Below are positions 37,024 through 46,943 of a stretch of DNA of 64,000 nucleotides, piece after piece (within the stretch, counting starts at the first letter, position 1; each line of letters opens with the position of its first letter). The stretch is from Rubripirellula sp. Lineage in GTDB: Bacteria; Planctomycetota; Planctomycetia; Pirellulales; Pirellulaceae. Under the pieces are notes generated by a model that made no database searches, was not told where the DNA came from, and saw only the letters and a program-made list of their open reading frames with translations. The DNA is taken from contig OZ244207.1 in assembly GCA_965216875.1 (NCBI GenBank), positions 3,328,001 through 3,392,000 on the forward strand, read 5' to 3'. Position numbers and translations under genes: made by a program.

Positions 37024-39506
37024 TGCCCCGCTTGCTCACTCGATTGCAGGTAGGCAACCAGATCCAGGATTTCGTCTGCAGTGAAAGTATCAAGCAGGCC
37101 AACCGGCATCGACGATACATCCGCGGTCTGTCGCTTTTCGATCGCATCTTTGTCGATCATTTCCACCTTTTCCGGCTTCAGGAGGTTGGGCACCATTTTG
37201 ATATGATCCTTCGTCTCTTCGACCACGACGCCCGTCAACATTCGACCGTCGTCGACCAAGAACATCTGTGTTTGAAAGTCCTTGTGAATGTCGGTCGACG
37301 GGTTCACGATTTGCTGCAACAGTTTCGATCCCTTGAGTCGCTTGGTCACCTCGGCAAAATCGGGGCCGTACTTCGCTCCCTTTCCACCGATGGAATGGCA
37401 ACGGTTACAGGCCGCCTGTTCATAAACCAGTCTTCCGTTCTTGAGCGAACGGTTCGAAAGATCATCAGCGGCCCTTCCGAAGTAATGGTGCTGCCACTTT
37501 TTCACAAAACGTCGCGGAGCCTTGTCGTCGGACTTGTCGCTCGCGACGTGATTGAGGATCCGAACAAACATCTGCCCGTCGCGGTTGCGGTCAGGATAGT
37601 GCTGACGGAATTCATGCCACAACCGACCGACGCGGCCTCGCTTGTGGTTGGGCAGGTTTGACATCACCGCGTCGACATACTGCTGGTGCGGCTGCGACAG
37701 GTAGGCGGCGGGCAGTTCATTCTTTTCGATTTTTGCCAACAGGGCTCGGTTGTCTGTGACTGGCTTGGGCGACGACGCCAAGTTTCCGATGTCATGCTTC
37801 GAGTCGTAGAACTTGCCAACGAGTTTGAGACCGCGTTGGTCGTCCACCTCCTGTGGAAGAGCAATACGAATCACTGCACCGACCCCGCGTTCCATATGGC
37901 GAGCTGGTCCCGACGTGCTTGTCCAAACGTTGCCGTCATCGTCGAATTCGATCTCACGTGTGTAAGACACTCGCGTCGGCAGCGGTATCTCGACCAGCGT
38001 CTCGGTGACTGGATCAAAGCGATTGATCGTGTCGTTGCCTGTGCCGCAAATCCAGACGATTCCCTTTGCATCAACGTTCAATGCATAGGGGATTTGGTTT
38101 TCGGCGTCGGGCAGATCGTAAACGGTCCATGATTCGGCACTGGGGTCAAACTTTGCAAAGACACCCGATCCAAAGCCTGGCACCCACACCATTCCGTCCG
38201 GCGCGACGTGCAATCGACGTGGTCCGCGAAACGGTGGATTCCATTCTTTGATGTCGCCATCATCAGCATTTGGATCGATACGCCCGATTCGGTTGCCGTT
38301 CAGCTTTGAATACCAAATCATGCCATCGATTGGCGAGAAATCGATGCCATACGGTGTGATGCCGCGAGATTCGCCGCGGCCGGCACCAATCGCCTGGCCG
38401 GCACTGAGCAGTTTGTATTCTTTGACCACATGGGTTGTCGGATGGATCGAAAAACAGGAATTCGATCCCGCGTCGGTGTACCAAATCAACCCTTCGGGGT
38501 CTTTGGGATTGATCCGAAGGGTGTGTGGGTAGTTGCCTCGACGTCTCGGCGCCTCGGCACTGCTAAAGGTCTCAAACTCTTTCGTCTTCAAGTCGAAGCG
38601 CACCATCTGGCCGCTGCCACACATCGTTGTCCAGAGACTGTCATCGTTGGCCGACTCGATCGAGTGTGGACCATACGATCGAGCGGGGTAGCGATAAGTC
38701 GTCTGCTCGCCCGTATCGGGATTGAGTGCGATCATTCGCTGCTTGCTGATGTTGACCGCATAGACCAAACCATCACGCCCGATCTCTAAATCGTGAAACG
38801 AACCTTGAAGTGGCTTGTCCATTTCCCACATGGTGATCGTCGCTTTGGCAGCCAGCCCGCTGGGCGCAGGTGGCGGCTCAAAGGCTGGCCAACGGTCAAC
38901 GGCATTGTCGCGATACGTTTCCATCAATCGTTTGACGATCGTATCTTGAGTGTGCTGGTACAGACCGCCGAATCCATCCATCCGCCGAATCATCGTTTCC
39001 CAATCGACCGGTTCTTCGGGCGTCCGAAAACCGAGCGTGCCAATTTGGTGACAGTACGAGCACATCATTTTGAAGTTCAACTTGTCACGCGGGTCATCAA
39101 ACGCGAGCATGCTAAACGCGCTGCTGGCCGGGCGTTGTGCTTCGAGTTCAGCGCCCTCTGCGAGATGTGTTTCAATCACCAAATCGCCTGTGCCTGCGGT
39201 GACGTCACTGATCCACTCGTCACCAAGTCCCATGCGGCGGGTTCGTACGCTATGGTCGACGTCACGCAAATCGCTTACCGAAAAGGTGCCATCCTCATTT
39301 GTGAAGACCGACACCCACTTGCGATGCTCGTCGTCGATCGCAGAAACCATCACGCCGCCGACGCCAGTTCCCGACGAATCGACAACACGTCCCGAAATGG
39401 AACGTGATGTGTCCGATTGGGCGAACAACGGCGTGCCCGTCATCGACAGCAACGCTGCAACGGCACACGAGAACCAGCGATCGCATCTTCGCACGGAAAG
39501 GTTCAT
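37020..39506 (-). CDS. Exported multidomain protein: carboxypeptidase-regulatory-like + heme c + Vgb-lyase-like beta-propeller + C-terminal heme c domain
   Basis: Signal peptide; ISGRVVDSSG; CSYCH; propeller repeats (IWYT, PYGI, NRIGRIDP, VWVPGF); GRLVYEQAACNRCH...GPDF...SSMPVGL...DLVAYL. Confidence 0.85.
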   Translation of the reverse strand: MNLSVRRCDRWFSCAVAALLSMTGTPLFAQSDTSRSISGRVVDSSGTGVGGVMVSAIDDEHRKWVSVFTNEDGTFSVSDLRDVDHSVRTRRMGLGDEWISDVTAGTGDLVIETHLAEGAELEAQRPASSAFSMLAFDDPRDKLNFKMMCSYCHQIGTLGFRTPEEPVDWETMIRRMDGFGGLYQHTQDTIVKRLMETYRDNAVDRWPAFEPPPAPSGLAAKATITMWEMDKPLQGSFHDLEIGRDGLVYAVNISKQRMIALNPDTGEQTTYRYPARSYGPHSIESANDDSLWTTMCGSGQMVRFDLKTKEFETFSSAEAPRRRGNYPHTLRINPKDPEGLIWYTDAGSNSCFSIHPTTHVVKEYKLLSAGQAIGAGRGESRGITPYGIDFSPIDGMIWYSKLNGNRIGRIDPNADDGDIKEWNPPFRGPRRLHVAPDGMVWVPGFGSGVFAKFDPSAESWTVYDLPDAENQIPYALNVDAKGIVWICGTGNDTINRFDPVTETLVEIPLPTRVSYTREIEFDDDGNVWTSTSGPARHMERGVGAVIRIALPQEVDDQRGLKLVGKFYDSKHDIGNLASSPKPVTDNRALLAKIEKNELPAAYLSQPHQQYVDAVMSNLPNHKRGRVGRLWHEFRQHYPDRNRDGQMFVRILNHVASDKSDDKAPRRFVKKWQHHYFGRAADDLSNRSLKNGRLVYEQAACNRCHSIGGKGAKYGPDFAEVTKRLKGSKLLQQIVNPSTDIHKDFQTQMFLVDDGRMLTGVVVEETKDHIKMVPNLLKPEKVEMIDKDAIEKRQTADVSSMPVGLLDTFTADEILDLVAYLQSSEQAGQ

Positions 39507-41575
39507 TCAAAATCTCCGGTATTGTCCATTACGGTCGCTTGCAGAATCTGTTTTCGAAAATCGGCCTCAGACACATCGCCTAGCGAGCCGACGAAGGCGT
39601 GCAGTTGTTTCAATTCGTGATCGGTCAAGCTGTAGTCGTCGTGGGTTGGGGCCGCCAACACATCGCTCAATTGACTTGGCGAAAGGCTGAGGTTTCGCAG
39701 CGACGGTACGCTTTCACCATCGCCAAGGTCTGAGAATTGATGACAGCTATAGCAATGCCCGAGCTTGTTCGCACCGGCGGCATGCAGAGAGGTCTTGAAG
39801 CCTTCGTACGCCCGCTGCCCCATACCCGGCGGCAACTTCACAAGGACGCGACCTTCTTGATTTGCCAGCCGACCAAGGATTCGGCCAGCCAAGTCTTCGT
39901 GCGTTTCGTCCACTTCCCGTTCGATAGGGATTCGATTGACGTAGACGAACGCATCAAAGGGCGAACGTTTTGTTGAAGTTAACCGATGGATCGTTTTCTT
40001 TTTCGCGTCAGTTCCCCAATCGGGAGCTTCTTCAAGAACGTCACCATGAACCGCGAGGACATGCTGCTTGAGGCGACGGGCAAGGTCAGGCTTTTTGGTG
40101 ATAAGGTTGTGTTGCTGCCCAGGATCGACTGACAGATCGTACAACTCGAATCGAGCCGTCCCGCCGAACCCGTCCTTGATCAACGGAATCCAAGACTCTT
40201 GGAAAGTGTTGAGCATCACGAACTTGCTACGCAGCTTTTTCCATTCCGGCGTATTGAGCGGACTGTTGTAACACTGATGCCAAAGCTCAGACCTCGACAA
40301 GGGGCGTCCGACTTCTTGCTCGAGGATTTCGCCCATCGCCGCCATCACCGAATCGATCGCGGCCTTGTCTTTGGGATACTCGGCCTCGCGAAACCCGACG
40401 AGCGAGTAATTCCCGTGACGAATCGCGACAACGGGCTGGCTTGTTGGCGAATGCCACGTGAGTGGACGCGATCGTTGGAAGCCCGTTTCTTCGCGGCGCA
40501 GGACGCCCGACAAGTCGACACCATCCAGCGGCACATTCTTGGGCGGGTCGATTTGAAGCAGGCCACAGATCGTTGGCACAAGGTCGATCGCGCCGGCAGG
40601 CGTCTCTTCAACAAAACCGGGCGTGATCCCACTTGGCCAGCAGACAATTCCCGGCGTCCGCAAACCGCCGTCGTAGAGCGAGCCTTTTCCGGCGCGGAAA
40701 CCGCCGTTGCGTTCGTGGCGATAGCTGCCATGATCCGATGTGTAGATCACGATCGTGTCGTTGAACTCACCAATCTCTTTCAGCTTGCTGATCAACCGCG
40801 AGATCGCTCGGTCGGTGTTGTCGATGGTCGCTGAATAGATCGCCGCTTGATCGGCTCGGTCGCCATAGTCCGAGACGATTTCAGGTGGAGCGGCCAGTGG
40901 CGCGTGCGGCTCGTGAAACCAAAGGTTCAAAAAGAAGGGTCGTTTTGGATCGCGATGTTGGTCGAGCCAAGTGGTCGCTTCGTCCACCACCAGATCGCAA
41001 GCGTATCCTTCGAGCGGGCCAACACGTTTGCGGTTTCGCCAAAAATTGGTCGGGTTCCGATGCGAGGGAGCCGCGTTCAAGTCGGTCGCAAACCAATGGT
41101 CGAACCCGTGCTCGTCAATCCAAGGCTTGTCCATTGACCGAAACGGAGTGCCAAGGTGCCATTTACCTGAGTGAACGGTCTGGTAGCCATTTTGCTTGAG
41201 AAGTTCTGCAAGCGTCACTTCATCGCGTCGCAGATGCATCTGGTGCACATGATCTTGAATCACCGTGTAGACGCCGGTGCGCAAATGATGCCTTCCGGTA
41301 AGCAGCACCGCGCGAGACGTCGAACAGACCGGTGCCCCTGCGTAGAAGTTGGTGAAGCGAACACCTTGCGCCGCGAGCGCATCCAAAGCAGGTGTCTTGA
41401 CGGGGCCACCGTAACATCCAAGATCACCGCATCCCAAGTCGTCGGCCAACAGCACGACGACATTCGGATTCCGCTCGTCCGCGACGACGCCGTTGGCTGC
41501 CTGTGAGAGACAAGCAATCAAAAAGCACGATGCGATCAAGAACGTTCGAGCGAAACTCATGATACGAAATGGCAA
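39503..41575 (-). CDS. Arylsulfatase-family protein with a C-terminal c-type heme domain
   Basis: PNVVVLLADDLG, CSTSRAVLLTG, GKWHLG, ELYDLSVDPG; extra C-terminal region RSPFD...CYSCH...VPSLRN. Confidence 0.88.
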   Translation of the reverse strand: MPFRIMSFARTFLIASCFLIACLSQAANGVVADERNPNVVVLLADDLGCGDLGCYGGPVKTPALDALAAQGVRFTNFYAGAPVCSTSRAVLLTGRHHLRTGVYTVIQDHVHQMHLRRDEVTLAELLKQNGYQTVHSGKWHLGTPFRSMDKPWIDEHGFDHWFATDLNAAPSHRNPTNFWRNRKRVGPLEGYACDLVVDEATTWLDQHRDPKRPFFLNLWFHEPHAPLAAPPEIVSDYGDRADQAAIYSATIDNTDRAISRLISKLKEIGEFNDTIVIYTSDHGSYRHERNGGFRAGKGSLYDGGLRTPGIVCWPSGITPGFVEETPAGAIDLVPTICGLLQIDPPKNVPLDGVDLSGVLRREETGFQRSRPLTWHSPTSQPVVAIRHGNYSLVGFREAEYPKDKAAIDSVMAAMGEILEQEVGRPLSRSELWHQCYNSPLNTPEWKKLRSKFVMLNTFQESWIPLIKDGFGGTARFELYDLSVDPGQQHNLITKKPDLARRLKQHVLAVHGDVLEEAPDWGTDAKKKTIHRLTSTKRSPFDAFVYVNRIPIEREVDETHEDLAGRILGRLANQEGRVLVKLPPGMGQRAYEGFKTSLHAAGANKLGHCYSCHQFSDLGDGESVPSLRNLSLSPSQLSDVLAAPTHDDYSLTDHELKQLHAFVGSLGDVSEADFRKQILQATVMDNTGDFE

Positions 41576-41578
41576 CGA

Positions 41579-42805
41579 CTAAAACTCTTGGTCAATCACT
41601 TCCTTGGAAGCCCGAGTCCCAAGTGCACCCCAGAGACCATACGGACTGGGCAGCCCCGCTCTTGACGATGTGACCACGGGCGAGGTGCTGTCACCCGCTT
41701 CGATCGAATCGCTGACAAAACGGACGGCGCCGTCGGCCATCAAGACGTGAACGCCGCCCGGGTGTCGACTGCTTGCCGGAGCGTGCCCTCCTGAATTGGC
41801 ATTCGCCCCCAAGCAAACTTCGTTGTTCGGTGGCAGCGCCGTATTGAAGCCGCTGTACAGTGGACGTCCATCAGCCCATCGGTAACCGCGACGCTCTTGG
41901 TCGGAACCAATGTTGGTGAAAGAGTCATCCCAAAACAACGGTCGGTCGGGATCGCGATCGACTTGGCAAATCATGGGATTGGAATGCACACCAACGGGCC
42001 CCCATCCCGAAAACAGATGCGCACTCGTGCGAACATCTCGATCACCGAGGTCGGTCGCGATTTCGCCACACGCAATCGTGTTGGCGAGTCCGTCTTGAAT
42101 GTCTTTGAAACCAGTGAAGATGCGCGGCACAAAAACGCCGCGACAAGAACCGCGTGCACGAATCGCTTGGGTCGCATCGGATACCCAGCGGCCTGCGTTG
42201 TTGTCCCAACGGGTGTAGCCCGTTTCGACCCAGTCGCTGCTGTCGCCGTAACAGGCAGCGTAATTGGTGCGGCCAAGTGATGGCGTCCCCGTGCCGGGAT
42301 CACTGGGGCAACGCAGTGTCGGGATCTGCGCAAGCCACGGTCGGTAAGTCGGCTCGGCTGGTCCGGGGCCCATCGCTGGCCATGACGGCGAAACCACCGT
42401 TTGACCATCGACATCAAACGCGTACGGGTTGCTGATCTGCTCCCACAACGTTTGCTGCTCCATGAACGAAGTCAGCCCCACGAGGAAACTGAGGTTGAAA
42501 CGGTTGGTGGCTCGATGTCGGTCCGCTCCGTTGTAGGCAGCGTTCTCGCGGGGGTGGTAGGTCCCGCCAATGTGCATCGGCAAATTCTTGTACGCCGAAT
42601 GATAGTTGTGCAGCGCAAGACCGACCTGCTTGAAATTATTGCTGCAGGACATCCGCCGCGCAGCCTCGCGCGCCGCTTGAACGGCAGGCAGCAGGATGCC
42701 AACCAAGACACCGATGATCGCAATCACGACCAACAGTTCAACCAATGTAAAGGCGGGTCGTTGGGGCCGATGAATCATCGAACGCCTCACCGAAAAACGG
42801 AACAA
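41579..42805 (-). CDS. DUF1559 prepilin-type N-terminal cleavage/methylation protein
   Basis: [62 protein letters not shown]. Confidence 0.96.
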   Translation of the reverse strand: MFRFSVRRSMIHRPQRPAFTLVELLVVIAIIGVLVGILLPAVQAAREAARRMSCSNNFKQVGLALHNYHSAYKNLPMHIGGTYHPRENAAYNGADRHRATNRFNLSFLVGLTSFMEQQTLWEQISNPYAFDVDGQTVVSPSWPAMGPGPAEPTYRPWLAQIPTLRCPSDPGTGTPSLGRTNYAACYGDSSDWVETGYTRWDNNAGRWVSDATQAIRARGSCRGVFVPRIFTGFKDIQDGLANTIACGEIATDLGDRDVRTSAHLFSGWGPVGVHSNPMICQVDRDPDRPLFWDDSFTNIGSDQERRGYRWADGRPLYSGFNTALPPNNEVCLGANANSGGHAPASSRHPGGVHVLMADGAVRFVSDSIEAGDSTSPVVTSSRAGLPSPYGLWGALGTRASKEVIDQEF

Positions 42806-43084
42806 ATCAGGGGCACGCTTATCCGTCTACGAGATTAGCAGATCACCGCAAAAACTGACGGCCCGCTTCGTACCAAATGGTAACTCTCGGCATCGAAATA
42901 GACGCAAGAAACCGACGCACCATTGCCCACTGACATCAAGGAAAACCTGGCCGTCCAGTGACACTCGGCGGCCCCCTCAACCTTCGGCAACGCCCCGATG
43001 AAGCATGCCAAATCGGAATCGAGTATCATACCGGCGGCACGCATTTTGACTCTCTGATGCATCACATCGATCGGGTACGGCTCG

Positions 43085-44572
43085 ATGAACTCCGATGACG
43101 AAACCAGAATTGATTGGTCGTCACAAATATCGATCATCTGCAAACGCTTCGACGCAGCGCTCGCTTCGGGCGAAACGCTGGCGGGAATTGACGATTGGCT
43201 TCGGCAAGTTCCCGAGGAAGTCCAGCCGCAACTCAAAGCCGAACTGCATCGCCGACAGAGTGTGTTCACCGCGTCCTCTCAAGAGACCCTCCATGCGGGG
43301 CTCGGTGGCGACACTCGCGACCTTCCCAGCGAACTGTTGGAGTCGGAGATCCATTCGCCGCATGCTGCGATTGACGATTGCCGAACCTTTGCAGGCCTCG
43401 CTCACGCCGCGCGGCGCGCATTGCGATCCGAATTGAAACCTCAGTCGTTTGCGGCAGGCACCTGCTTGCTGCAACAGAATGAGGCAGCCAGTGGCCTCTA
43501 CCTTTTGACGGAAGGTGATGTCAGGATCATTGACCGGCGAAACGAAGCAACGATTGCGACCGACAGCGCGGGCTCGGTACTTGGCGAAATGTCGCTTCTG
43601 ACGGGCCAACCCTGTTCCGCAGAAGTCGTTGCCACCACAAACGTCGAAGCACTCGTGCTCTCGACCGACAGTTACAAGCGGTTGAAAGACGAGCACCCTG
43701 AAGTCGAAATCGTCTTAAGCCAACTTGTCAGCGATCGGCTTGGGGGTCGCGAACATGACGCATTGTGTGGCAAAACGCTCGGGGGATACCAGCTCAAACG
43801 CTGCATCAGTCGCGGCGGCATGGGAGTCGTCTACGAAGCGCAGCGTGCCAGCGACAAGACACCGGTCGCGATCAAAATGTTGCGTCACCGTTTCATCTAC
43901 GACGAAACCGTCCAAGGACGTTTCGACCAGGAAGCCGACCTGCTTCGATCGCTCGAGCATCCCAACATCATTGCGATGCGTGACCACTTCCTTGCCTATC
44001 GCACACGTTTTCTGGCCCTCGAACTCTGCGACGGATCCGACTTGTTCCAGCTTATCCGCAAGCATGGAAAGTTAAGCCCGGCGCAGTGCATGGCAATCAT
44101 TGGGCAAATCGCAAAAGGACTTCAATACGCCCATGACTGTGGCGTCGTGCATCGCGACTTGAAACCAGCCAACGTGCTGGTCGGTCGACGTGGTGATATC
44201 AAGTTGGCCGATTTTGGACTGAGCAAACTGATTGAATCGGAAACATCAGAAGCAAGGGCCGTGGGGACCCCCGCCTACATGCCACCAGAGCAGTTCTTTG
44301 GAGGCGTCATCGGACCAGAGAGCGACTACTACGCGCTCGGTTGCCTGGCCTACGAAATGCTTACCGGCAAAATGTTGTTCGAGGCGTCGGGATGGTTCGA
44401 TGTGCTTGACAAAAAACGTTCACAAACGCCAAGCGAAGATTGGCCGCCCCTTCCGGTGGAGTGCGATTTGCGTGATCTGATCGTTACCTCGCTGCACAGC
44501 GAACCACAACAACGCAAACTGGACCTGCAAGAGATTGCGAATTGGGCGTCGCCGGTCATCGATCTCTTTTAG
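43085..44572 (+). CDS. Ser/Thr protein kinase with an N-terminal cyclic-nucleotide-binding domain
   Basis: LYLLTEGDV...GEMSLLTGQPCSAEV (cNMP); GGMGVVY, VAIK, HRDLKPAN, DFG, GTPAYMPPEQ. Confidence 0.93.
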   Translation: MNSDDETRIDWSSQISIICKRFDAALASGETLAGIDDWLRQVPEEVQPQLKAELHRRQSVFTASSQETLHAGLGGDTRDLPSELLESEIHSPHAAIDDCRTFAGLAHAARRALRSELKPQSFAAGTCLLQQNEAASGLYLLTEGDVRIIDRRNEATIATDSAGSVLGEMSLLTGQPCSAEVVATTNVEALVLSTDSYKRLKDEHPEVEIVLSQLVSDRLGGREHDALCGKTLGGYQLKRCISRGGMGVVYEAQRASDKTPVAIKMLRHRFIYDETVQGRFDQEADLLRSLEHPNIIAMRDHFLAYRTRFLALELCDGSDLFQLIRKHGKLSPAQCMAIIGQIAKGLQYAHDCGVVHRDLKPANVLVGRRGDIKLADFGLSKLIESETSEARAVGTPAYMPPEQFFGGVIGPESDYYALGCLAYEMLTGKMLFEASGWFDVLDKKRSQTPSEDWPPLPVECDLRDLIVTSLHSEPQQRKLDLQEIANWASPVIDLF

Positions 44573-44590
44573 CGTTACAAATTGCGTGTG

Positions 44591-44703
44591 ATAACACTCT
44601 CCCGTTGGAGAGTCGGGCTCTAAGGCCCGGAGAGGGTTTGTTTAGCGGAATCATTCCCTCCCCGGACTTTGCGTCCGACCCTCCCGCAAGCGGGAGGGTG
44701 ATT
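44591..44703 (-). repeat. Repeat family A, copy 3 (inverted)
   Basis: Reverse complement of 1231-1343; lies between the convergent kinase and aroA genes. Confidence 0.9.
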
Positions 44704-44866
44704 GTTGGAGCCCGCGTTGACTTGCGCAAGCACTGCACCTCATGGCACGGCAACTCCAATCCGCAGCGCTAGCGCCAAGTCGATTTTGGCAAATCCTTGC
44801 GTAGGTCCCCGTCAACAGCGCCGTACGCTCCAGCAGGCGGCGCGGGACAACCGGCGACGAAACAAC

Positions 44867-46237
44867 CTAAGCCCAGAGGTGGGCCCGTCCGATGAGCTTT
44901 TCGAGATCCGCAAAGAACTCGGGATAGGTCTTCGCGGTACAGGAGGGATCGAGAATCTTGACACCGGACGCTCGCAGCCCAGTGAGTGCAAAGCTCATCG
45001 CCATCCGATGATCGTGATAGGTTTCGAGCGTCGCTGGCTGGATGCCATCGACCGGCGGATGAATGGTCATCCCATCTTCGTGCTCGTCGACTTTGGCGCC
45101 GAGCTTACGAAGTTCGACGGCGAGATCCCCGATTCGATCGGTCTCTTTGAATCGGTTGTGGGCAACGCCGCGCACGCGTGTGGGGCCGTCGGCAAACAGT
45201 GCAACGATCGAAAGCGTTTGCACCGTGTCGCTGATCGCGTTCATGTCGATGTCGACTCCGCGAAGTTTGTTGCCGGTAACGGTCACGCTGTCGTCTTGAT
45301 AGTCGACCTCGCATCCCATCTTCGACAAGACTTCGCAAAAACCGACGTCGCCCTGCATCGCCTGCTTTGATAATCCTTCGACCGTGATTTTGCCGCCCGT
45401 GATCGCGGCGGTGGCCCAAAAGTAACTTGCCGCCGAGGCATCCGGTTCAATCGCGTAGTCGATGCCTTTGTATCCCGCCGACGCAATCTTGAAGGTTGCG
45501 GATGCGTCAAAATCGCTAATGGAAACGTCGGCGCCGAACGACCGCATCACATTGGCAGTCATGGTGACGTAGGGCCGCGAGACCAATTCACCAATCACAG
45601 CGATCTCGGTCTCCGCTCCCGCTCGTGAAAGTGGTGCCGCCATCATCAGGCCGCTCAGGTATTGGCTGCTGACCGCCCCACCCACTTCAATTTTCGCAGC
45701 GTTCCAACCATTGGACGCAACCAAAACCGGCGGGCAACCCTCGGGCGATTGAGCTTCAATGGTTCCATCGAGCACCGGCGCGATCGCCCCGATCAAGTCG
45801 GCGATCGGTCGCTGGTGCATCCTGGGCACGCCATGCAATCGAAAGTGCCCGCCCGCTGCCGACAACGCAGCGGTCAGGAAGCGGACGGAGGTCCCGCTAT
45901 TGCCGATGAAAAGCTCAATCAGCTCGCTCTCGGATGACAGCGGTTTGCGATCACTTGGATCGACGTGCAACGTGCGTCCGCCATCGCGGACTTCGATGGA
46001 GACGCCTGCTTGATCGAGTGCGGCGATCATCACCTCGGTGTCTTCGCTGCGCAACGCTCCGGTCAGCTGCGAAGGAGCGCCGGCGAAGGCGGCGCAGATC
46101 AATGCGCGATTGGTCAGACTCTTGCTGCCTGGGGGGCGGATCGAGCCCACAACCGGGCCGCCGGGCACCACCTCAACTTGCGAGGGCGTGGCAGTCGGAG
46201 ATGTGGCAGAAGGAGATGCGGAGTCGGAGGAAGCCAT
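44867..46237 (-). CDS. aroA: 3-phosphoshikimate 1-carboxyvinyltransferase (EPSP synthase)
   Basis: PGSKSLTNRAL, GNSGTSVRFL, SSQYLSG, KETDRI, DHRMAMSF, KTYPEFF. Confidence 0.97.
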   Translation of the reverse strand: MASSDSASPSATSPTATPSQVEVVPGGPVVGSIRPPGSKSLTNRALICAAFAGAPSQLTGALRSEDTEVMIAALDQAGVSIEVRDGGRTLHVDPSDRKPLSSESELIELFIGNSGTSVRFLTAALSAAGGHFRLHGVPRMHQRPIADLIGAIAPVLDGTIEAQSPEGCPPVLVASNGWNAAKIEVGGAVSSQYLSGLMMAAPLSRAGAETEIAVIGELVSRPYVTMTANVMRSFGADVSISDFDASATFKIASAGYKGIDYAIEPDASAASYFWATAAITGGKITVEGLSKQAMQGDVGFCEVLSKMGCEVDYQDDSVTVTGNKLRGVDIDMNAISDTVQTLSIVALFADGPTRVRGVAHNRFKETDRIGDLAVELRKLGAKVDEHEDGMTIHPPVDGIQPATLETYHDHRMAMSFALTGLRASGVKILDPSCTAKTYPEFFADLEKLIGRAHLWA

Positions 46238-46400
46238 CGCGAAAAACTGTCAATCAACTCGGGTCAACTTGGGGGACATACCACCAGCGGCAACTCAGGG
46301 TACATACCGCAAGCAAATTGCCAGATGTTCGACCTGTCTGTTGGCCAGCCCTTTCGCCCAACCAACGTCGATGATTGACGATGCGCGTGAGAACTGTCGC

Positions 46401-46688
46401 TCAAACAGCGACCGAAGCCTGTTGGTTCGGGACGACAAGTGATGCCACGATCATTGTCGCCAACGTGCTGGTATGGAGTAACCAACTATCGTCAAGCGTA
46501 ATCACTGTTCGAAGTGTGATCACGGTCATGACAACGAGCATTGCCAGGAACTGACGCTCGGCTCGACGGCCAGCTTCGCCCTGACAAAACTTTGCTAGCG
46601 TGAGCACGACCAAAGTGATCAGTGGCAACACGATTGCATCCAACACACCGATAAGATAGGAAAATTCGGTCAACTGAACAGGCTCCAT
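46401..46688 (-). CDS. Small integral membrane protein
   Basis: Three hydrophobic segments; start at MEPVQ. Confidence 0.65.
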   Translation of the reverse strand: MEPVQLTEFSYLIGVLDAIVLPLITLVVLTLAKFCQGEAGRRAERQFLAMLVVMTVITLRTVITLDDSWLLHTSTLATMIVASLVVPNQQASVAV

Positions 46689-46943
46689 TCTCTTTCTGTT
46701 GATCCCTGGCGCGATCGTCGCACAGGTCCCACCTGCTGATCGCTGGCTTTCTTGTGGCATGATTCACTTAGCGCCCGATAGATCGACTTAAGCCAAAGTC
46801 TCAAAAAAGTGGGAAATGTTTTTTTGCTTTGTGCTAGACCTTCCCGATCACAATGCGCAACAATGTCTACTAACGCGTCTGAAGGGAGTTTGAGTCGGAC
46901 CTTGAAGTAAGAAGACGCGCATCCCGCCTTGAAGGAGTAAGCG

